Positions 55,246-64,000 of a stretch of DNA of 64,000 nucleotides are shown here, piece by piece; the first letter of the stretch is position 1, and every line of letters begins with the position of its first letter. Location: contig OZ024742.1 in the NCBI GenBank assembly GCA_964016885.1, positions 9,052,001 to 9,116,000 of the forward strand, written 5' to 3'. The notes under the pieces were generated by a model. It saw only the letters and a program-made list of their open reading frames with translations. It had not been told where the DNA came from and made no database searches. The position numbers were made by a program, and so were the translations under genes. This DNA is from Eledone cirrhosa (lineage: Eukaryota).

Positions 55246-57461
55246 TTAAAGATACTATTTATGGTTATGTATGTAATAAAACCTTTTATGGTTATATATT
55301 TTTCATACAAACCCTAAATAGTGAAAGATAGTCATTAATTACTATCTTATTACCAGTAAGATAAATATCTCAATGTAATAACATCGGTTGTTTTACAGAG
55401 CAGTTATATAGAGATTACAATAATCGAAGTTAAGTTTAAATCATTTATTTGCTTACAATTGTTTCCTTCAAACCGAGGTTTGGATTCTTCGGAGCAAATA
55501 TTTAGTGATCTATAACATACTTGACCTCCTTTTCAACACAAGAGACATATAAAAACATATGCACATATTGATCCACAGTGGGATGACATCCATCAAAATG
55601 ATATAGCATGGCAATTTACATATAAAGGTTAAAGGATAAAGATAAAAATAAAAATAAATATAAAAATGAAGCATTGGCAGTCTATGAAGATAAAGCAAGA
55701 GGAGAGTTTAGAGTAGTCAGTGTATGAAACAATCTCACGTGTAGCATACACGCGTGTCTTATTTATACAGGATTAGAGTGCGTCAGATTGTTACTTGCAG
55801 GGTCAGGCAGTTGAAGCAGGCAATTGATATTATTATGTGGGCTGAATTATTAAATCATTTATTCGCATACACCTGTATGGTATACAGTCCCGAATGTGGA
55901 GAAACACCAAAATATCAAAAATATCAAACATATTATAAAACATACTATATCGTAGGCAAAACAGTACCACTGTCTTCGCGCACACCACCACTCACATAAT
56001 CCATGAGACGCAATATATAGACCACGGGTCTATCATATAATTCACGATGGTTCGGCATATAACCAAGTTATAAACCGTATCTTGTCGATTCTTAATTAAT
56101 AGATCATGTTGTTTAGTTTTGTGTGATGTTACTATATTCCGGAAGTGTGTGTGTGACCAAGGGGAATTAATGCGTAAGGGGAGGTAACTAGCTGGTTTAC
56201 TTAGTTAAATTTATTATCCTAAATTACATTAATGGTGTTTCAAATAAGTGCCTATCATATGCTGTTATAACTAATTTCTAGATTATGTTACTTATCTATA
56301 GGTTACAGTGTAGTCTATTAAGAAGTACTAAAGGTGTATATATCAGGATGATTACCTTCTATTAAGGGGTGTCATATCTGAACATTCTATAAGAAGAGTC
56401 AGACCCCCAAATCAATGTTCTATGTAAGTGTAATTCCTCCCGCAGGACCTGGCATGGTCCTATTATTTTATATGTGACTCCCGGTAAGCTCTGGGTCATT
56501 GTATGTCTGAATCCTTGGTAAATCTGAATATCTCCAGGGTGGTCTGGAGATCAATCCTCTCATATAAAGACACCAGTCTGGCCATCAAGCAATAGATAAA
56601 CTCCTATCTCATATATAAATTAAATTAGGTATCTTATCTACAAATTAGAGTGGAGTCTATTAATGAGTACTAAAGGAGTTCATATCATGAAGATTACAAT
56701 CTGCAGATCAAATCTCCCATATAAAGTCACTAGTCTGGCCACCAAGCAATACATAAACTCTCATCTCATATATAAATTAAATTAGGTATCTTATCTACAA
56801 ATTAGAGTGGAGTCAATTAATAAGTACTAAAGGGGTTCATATCCTGATGATTACAATCTAATATGGAGTGCCACACCTGGACAATCCATAAGAAGAGTCA
56901 GACTACAAAATTAATTATAATGGTCTCACTACTAATAAGGGTCTTATTACTAATAATGGTCTTACTATCATACAGGACTCCCGGCAAGTTCCGGGTCATT
57001 GTATGACTGCATTCACGGTAAGTTCACCAGGGTGGTCCGGGGACCCGTTCTCTCATCAAAAGATACTAGTCAGGTCATCAAGCAACACAGAGACTCCTAA
57101 CTGATGTATCACCTGTGCATAATTCATTGTACTGATCATATAGAATATATATTCACATAACAACAAGATTACTTACTTAATCATCAATCCATCTCATGGT
57201 GGCACTTCATGCACAGGACTATGTTAGCACAACCAATACCATGTCTACAGTTTATATTAATCATATATTTGTGCAATGCAGTTTAAGTAATCCACGGCCG
57301 AGATATCAGAATTAGAAGTACATGGGGGTATCTCCAGGGTAGATGGTGCTATAATGCTGCCAGTATTACCTTTAGAGTATATAAATGGGTGTGGAGATGA
57401 GGTGTGAGGTGTGCTACTGATGCTAATTGCTAGGGGTGGTGACGGTTCCAGTCTGACATTG

Positions 57462-59110
57462 TTATATATAGGGTTTAAAGTTTTGGAAAGAGTGTCGGAA
57501 GCGGTGTTGGCAAGATGCGAACACTTCTGATTTTTTATTAAGGAGTTTATGGTTAGAGAAGATGATAGTATGGGTCTCTAGTAGACAGAGGTTACAAAAT
57601 GTATTAGGTGGTTTGTACGACGATGCACTACCTACTACTTCCCATTTAAGTGTGTATATTTTATTTTTAGTTTTTAGATAGTGTATGTAGCTAGATAGTG
57701 AAGTAGAGTTGGCCAGACTGTGTTTTTTGAAAGAGTGGAGGTGCGAATTGTATCTAGTTTTGAAGCAGTTAGAAGTAGAGCCTATATAGGTTTCAGAAGA
57801 GTTGTTAGTTGTGACTGTACATGAGTATATGATATCCTTGGTTAAGCATTTTTTATCTAAAGGGCAGGTTCTATTTGATCTACAGTTACAATTATTCTGG
57901 CTGTTAGTCTGCCGGTTACTATGCTGTGTAGAAGTTTGGATGTTAGCTATAGTGTTATGGTTATGTGGGTTGTCGTTCGCAGCGTTAATGTTTACACTAG
58001 TACTAATACTATTATTTCTATTGATATTATGGTTAGTTGCTATAATGTTATTTTGAATGTCATTTTGAAGGTTTATCGTCTGTTGTGATTTAGTTTGTTG
58101 GAAGTAAGAATTAATTTTTCTTTTATTGCTACTAGCTATGTGGTATGCTAAGTTAGGCGTAGTAGAGTATGAGATTTTAATAGTGTTTTTGTTTAAAAGG
58201 CTATGGTACCTATGGCCGGATGGGAAGTGTTTATCCAGTAGTGAGAAGAAAGTCCTAGGTAGGTTGGTAGAGACGTTTAGATTGAAAGGAGGGTTGAAAA
58301 ATGTATTATTTCTTCTTCTATTTCTGTTTTTTATGTCCGGTGATTTGTTTCCTTTAATGTTACTATGGTAATTTCTGTGGTGTGGGTTACTTTTGTTGTT
58401 ATCATCTCTATTAGTGTGTGTGTGTGGTTGCTATTCCTATTATTAAATTTTCCCATGGACATGTTGTGCGAAATAATGTTGTAGCTATGCGTTTTTGTAG
58501 GTAGGAACTCAATCCCTGTATTATGGCCTGATCTAGCTAATGCCTGATTATAATATTGTGAGTTATTGTTAAATGTGTTTATGTCATAGGATAGATTAGA
58601 GATTCTATTATATACTCCCTTAGAGACAGAGTTTAATATAGATCTAGGGTGGTTAGACTTGGTATCTACGTAGATGAGTTTTTCATTAGGTTTGTGGAAA
58701 GGTGTATATATCATTGAGTCTAGGTAGAGTGTGGCGTCTAGGAAGTTGACGTTTTTGGTGTTTTTGTCCATGGTAATACTAAGGTTATAGTTTTGGAATG
58801 TTTTGTGCAATAGTTTTCTAGTTCTTTCTATATTGAATTTTTTATAATCTATAAGTAGAAGTGCATCGTCGCGATGCAAACCACCGCTGAGGTAAGGAAG
58901 GTCCCTATGGATTTGGTTAAGTAAATATAGGCCGACTAAATCAGTGACTTGCGCCGAGTCACTAGACCCCATGGTAATGTCGAAGTTGTTTTGCGTATCT
59001 TTGCGGGTCCATAATTGGTCTTCAAAGGTGATTAGTGTTTTACGGGCCGCAAGTATGACATCAATCTGGGGTCTAGTCAGGTCACTATTGTCCATGGCCA
59101 TTATAAGTGC
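57462..59110 (-). pseudogene. 5'-truncated, frameshifted PLE RT + GIY-YIG
   Basis: ARKTL..FDITMGSSDSAQVTDLVG..LHRDDAL..FLD..SNHP..RISNLS; downstream NCNCRSNRTCPL..YIGSTSNCFKTRYNSH; homologous to 20209-22370. Confidence 0.88.
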
Positions 59111-59862
59111 CTTATTTAAAAACACCATTAATGTAATTTAAGATAATAAATTTAACTAAGTAAACCAGCTAGTTACCTCCCCTTACGCATTAATTCCCCT
59201 TGGACATACACAAACTTCCGGAATATAGTATCATCACACAAAACTAAACAACATGATTTATTAATTAAGAATCGACAAGATACGGTTTATAACTTGGTTA
59301 TATGCCGAACCATCGTGAATTATATGATAGACCCGTGGTCTATATATTGCGTCTCATGGATTATGTGAGTGGTGGTGTGCGCGAAGACAGTGGTACTGTT
59401 TTGCCTACGATATAGTATGTTTTATAATATGTTTGATATTTTTGATATTTTGGTGTTTCTCCACATTCGGGACTGTATATCATACAGGTGTATGCGAAAA
59501 AATGGTTTAATAATTCAGCCCACATAATAATATCAATTGCCTGCTTCAACTGCCTGACCCTGCAAGTAACATTCTGACGCACTCTAATCCTGTATAAATA
59601 AGACACGCGTGTATGCTACACGTGAGATTGTTTCATACACTGACTACTCTAAACTCTCCTCTTGCTTTATCTTCATAGACTGCCAATGCTTCATTTTTAT
59701 TTTTATTTTTATTTTTATCTTTATCCTTTAACCTTTATATGTAAATTGCCATGCTATATCATTTTGATGGATGTCATCCCACTGTGGATCAATATGTGCA
59801 TATGTTTTTATATGTCTCTTGTGTTGAAAAGGAGGTCAAGTATGTTATAGATCACTAAATAG

Positions 59863-59911
59863 TTGCTCCGAAGAATCCAAACCTCGGTTTGGAGGAAACA
59901 ATTGTAAGCAA
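59863..59911 (+). ncRNA. Type I hammerhead, CCGAAGA variant
   Basis: ttgct-CCGAAGA-(tccaaac/gtttgga)-GAAA-caattg-TA-agcaa. Confidence 0.75.
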
Positions 59912-59962
59912 ATAAATGATTTAAACTGAACTTTGATTATTGTAATCTCTCTCTCTCTATGT

Positions 59963-60004
<42 letters not shown>

Positions 60005-60159
60005 GAAACATACGCTGATAACTAAAGAGTTAAAATGGAAAACAAAAGGAAATACATGAAAGGAAATATTGGAGTAAAATGAACGTCTGTAAAAGAGTGA
60101 TTATTATCAGTGTAATGGTTGGTAGGGGTGGGCTGCTGTGTTGGGGGGGGGGTTCAGTT

Positions 60160-60774
60160 GACACAGACACAGGCACATACACATAGACACAGGCACATGC
60201 ACATACACATACAGACACAGGCACACACAGACACAGACACACAGACACATACATACACAGACACACACAGACACAGGCACACACAGACTCAGGAACACAC
60301 ACATACAGACACAGACAGACACAGACACACATACAGACACAGACACACACACATACAGACACATACACACACAGACACAGACACACATACAGACACAGAC
60401 ACACACACATACAGACACAGACACACACAGGCACACATAGACTCAGGCACACACAGACCCAGACACACACACATACAGACACTCATAGTCACTGACAGAC
60501 ACAGGCACACACAGACACATACAATCACACACAGACACGGGCACACACATTACACTCACACACAGACACAGGCACACACAGACACATACAATCACGCACA
60601 GACACATACAGACAGACATAGACACTCACACATACACACAGGCACACTCAGTCACATACAATCACACACAGACACTGAGTGACACACACACACACACACA
60701 AACACCACATAGACACACACAATCACAGACAGACACACACAAACACTTAGTCACACATAGACAGAGACACACAT

Positions 60775-60860
<86 letters not shown>
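60160..60860. repeat. Compound (ACAG/AC)n and (AG)n microsatellite
   Basis: Directly visible. Confidence 0.9.
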
Positions 60861-60863
<3 letters not shown>

Positions 60864-61009
60864 GTAGCAGGCGGACGTTTAGTATTTTGGTATTTTCAGT
60901 GTAAACGCCAATAACATGTTTAGCCATATGTCTGTAGCTTTTATCTCCTGTTATTACCTCAAGCAGATTGCCACATCGTGAGACATCTTGGCAAGATGGA
61001 AGACGATAT

Positions 61010-61606
61010 ACTACAAATACGACCACCACACCCGCCAATACCACCACCACTACCACCACACCCACCCTTACCATCACCAATACGACTAATAACACCACCG
61101 CCAACACCACCACCACCTACACCACCACCACAAATACCACCGCCACTGCCACTACCACCACTACAACCACCACCACTACCACCACCACCAACACCGCTGC
61201 CACCACCACCACTACCACAACCACCACCACCATCACCACCAACACCACCACCACCAATACCACACCCACCATTACCACCGCCACTGCCACCACCACCACC
61301 ACCACCAACTATACCACGAATACCACCACAGCTGCCACCGCCACCACCAATACGACGACGACCACCACCATCACCACCAACACCACCCTCACCAACACCA
61401 CTACCACCAACACCACCACCATCACCACCAGCACGATCACCACCAGCACCATTACCACCATCACCACTACCACCACCACCTCCAGCACTACCCCCACTAC
61501 CACCATCACTAGAGCCAGCAAAAGCACCACCAGCATTACCACCACCACCACCACTACTACTACTACTACTGCTAATACTACTACTACTACTACCAGCACC
61601 ACCACC

Positions 61607-61641
<35 letters not shown>

Positions 61642-61648
61642 CAGCACC

Positions 61649-61710
<62 letters not shown>

Positions 61711-61765
61711 CAGCACCACCACCACCACCACCACCACTACTAATACTACTACTACCAGCACCACC

Positions 61766-61806
<41 letters not shown>

Positions 61807-61813
61807 CAGCACC

Positions 61814-61849
<36 letters not shown>
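61010..61849. repeat. (ACC/ACT)n trinucleotide tract
   Basis: Directly visible; poly-T/P/V ORFs are artefacts. Confidence 0.9.
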
Positions 61850-62119
61850 TGTTTTAAATATGTTAGATTAAAATTATAAGTAAATATAAGTGCGTAGTTA
61901 GAATGGCCTCGGATCAAATGACTTGCGGTGTTTACCCGGGGCCATGATCCCTCTCAGTCCAATATCTGTCGGGGCCAAATTAATCTCTCATTTTTCCTGT
62001 ATCAATAAACTTAAGTACCATTCCAATACAGGGTCAACTTAGCTGTCTACTCTATCTACCCCTCCTCGCTTTCTCTTAACCTTACAAATTATTGTTATTA
62101 TCATCAATAATATCCACCG

Positions 62120-63210
62120 AGGCCGGGTGAATTGGCAGTATCGGTAGAGGGTCGGACGCCATGCTTTGACGCATAGAGTTACGGCCCTTGCCCTTCTGAG
62201 TTCAAATCCCACCGAGGTTAACTTTGCCTTTCATCCTTACGAGTTCGATAAAATAAAATACCAGTAATACACTGGGATAATTGCTGTCCTTGTACCAAAA
62301 GTAGAAACAATATCATTTATCGATAAAATAAAGTACCAGTAGCACACTGGGGTCAATGTAATCGACTTCCTCCTCCCTTCAAATTGTTGGCCGTGTGCCA
62401 AAAGTAGAAACAATTCTCATGATTTAGCGTTGGACAATTTGGTTGCGGCATAGTTACACCTGTTTATGTTCTCAGTTGAAATGTCGGTGAAGATAGCTTA
62501 GTCTTTCATCTTTATAGGGTTGATAAAGTACCAGTAATGAACTGGGATTGATTTAATCCACTTTCCCCACCCCCGAAAATTGCTGGCTTGTGCCTGTATA
62601 AGAAAGCATTATTTAGAAATAATTAATAAAAAACTACCTTATATACTCGAATATAAGTTGATCGGAATATAAGTCGCCTTCCCACTTCCCCACATTTTAG
62701 GTTTGAAAAAGGAAAAAATTCAAACCACATTTATAAGTGGAGGCAGCTGCGATGTTTTGTCACATATTCCTAGTCTTATATTCGAGTATATATTCCTAGA
62801 CTTATATTCAAGTATATACGGTCGCAATATCGGTAGAGAGTCGGACGCTATGCTTTGATGCATAGAGTTACTGCCCTTGCCATTCTGAGTTCGAAACCCG
62901 CCGAGGTTAACTTTGCCTTTCATCCTTACGGGGTCGATAAAATAAAGTACCAGTAATGCACTGAATAATTGCTGGCCTTGTGCCAAAAAGTAGAAACAAT
63001 TATTGTTCTTGTGTTATTAGTAAGAAGATATGTCTGCCATGGGCCTGTGGAAGTTTGGGGTGGACTACTCTTTTACTCTTTTACCTCTTCCAGCTACCCG
63101 GCTGAAGCCATGCTGGGGCACCGCCCTTAAGTACTACATTTAATTTCGAGGTCAACCTTGCCTTTCATCCATTTGAGGTCGATAAAAAAATTTACCAGTC
63201 TATTACTGAA
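62120..63210 (+). mobile_element. Cluster of tRNA-derived SINEs with Deu/Nin-like domain (4-5 full or partial copies)
   Basis: TGGCAGTATCGG (A box), GAGTTCAAATCC (B box), CCGAGGTTAACTTTGCCTTTCATCCTTACG..TCGATAAAATAAAGTACCAG repeated. Confidence 0.75.
62637..62821. mobile_element. Tc1/mariner-pogo-type MITE remnant
   Basis: Imperfect TIR CC(T/G)TATATACT(C/T)GAATATAAG, preceded by TA on the left. Confidence 0.55.
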
Positions 63211-64000
63211 GTTTCTTCTTCTATATTTCTTTCTCACTCTTTCCATCCTTCTTTAGAAGAAATCTGCTGTAGTCAGACCTGGAGAGAAGATGGGCTCTGA
63301 CAGGTTTAAAAGGAAATGCCCCAGAAACGGTGTATGTCAATACGGTGCCTCTACGACCCTATTAGAAGTTACGGGACCATACATTCATTCATTCATATTT
63401 AATTTCAAGGAAGAGGAATGTTGTTTTATTGGTTTGACGAACGTTTCACATGGTTCCAGTCTTTCTATTATCTTTGAATAGCCAAATGTTTGTTTTAAGA
63501 TGTTATAGTTTATATTTTGAGGAAATCTTCGTTTGAATCTAAAATGTCTGACGTTGGAGGTGTAAGAGTTGTTAACCACAAAAGCGATAAAATCACCGGA
63601 TTACAGAAAACAAATTAAAACAAAAAACAAATTAACATAATAAAATTATAGAATTAAAAAGGAAAACTGAAGTTTTAATAATAGACATTCAAACTTCGAA
63701 AATATAAAGAAGACACTGATTAGTCCAGAAACGAAAACATTGATAAACATAGACTTTCACACTTGAATACAAACAAGCGTCGAACAGCTTTTAGTATTGA
63801 AGGTAACAAAAACTGCAGTGACTCTTTTTATATTGTAAGATAATATGGGCGATGGACACAAGTGAACTACTACTGAAAAAGAATGTAAACTATTTAAAAC
63901 AACTGTACACCATCATCTGATGTATTCTGAAGGATAGAAGAAAATTATAATATTTCTGTTTCTCAAAAATGGATGGGTTAAATTTCTTTAAGTAGGCTTG

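Larger units (their letters stand above)
55243..59948. mobile_element. Decayed PLE (Nematis-like) with ~840-bp inverted pLTR, ~2.2-kb 3' UTR and left tail
   Basis: 55405-56248 mirrors 59111-59948; HHRs 55449-55497 (-) and 59863-59911 (+); ORF remnant on minus. Confidence 0.9.

Noticed and set aside
55510-55999. Duplicated small ORFs (62 and 81 aa; mirrored at 59361-59850)
   Set aside because: Similarity is explained by the inverted pLTR duplication; no recognisable motifs
60968-61917. Poly-Thr mucin-like ORF and related poly-Pro/Val ORFs (also 50431-50905)
   Set aside because: Trinucleotide microsatellite; no signal peptide or exon evidence
62120-62215. tRNA gene
   Set aside because: A/B boxes belong to a SINE head; no cloverleaf, and it is followed by the SINE body

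Overview
AT-rich eukaryotic DNA, almost all repeats. The SINE family and microsatellite load suggest an octopod cephalopod (inference). No host gene can be supported. The window is dominated by Penelope-like retroelements (PLEs) inserted into (TA)n tracts: one near-intact Neptune-type RT+GIY-YIG element (10.1-15.3 kb), several decayed elements of a second type (tentatively Nematis-like), and many short non-coding derivatives. Reading by eye I count about 27 type I hammerhead ribozyme (HHR) cores in about 13 sequence families, most with palindromic stem III. Most insertions are fold-back (inverted) structures whose ends map to internal TA-rich motifs. The most notable signal is two distantly related ORF-less families with a monomer of about 526-527 nt, one HHR per unit and covarying hairpins: a tandem 1.5-mer at 54.4-55.2 kb and circularly permuted or palindromic copies at 34.6 and 45.9 kb. 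These are candidate retrozyme-like circular-RNA elements parasitising TA-targeting PLEs. Also present: three TA-punctuated satellites (43, 47, 33 bp), a 26-bp C-rich minisatellite, a composite Helitron, a deleted Merlin transposon, RTE-like and CRE-like LINE fragments, two MITEs and tRNA-derived SINEs. Coordinates were read manually and may be off by a few bases; no folding or database search was run.
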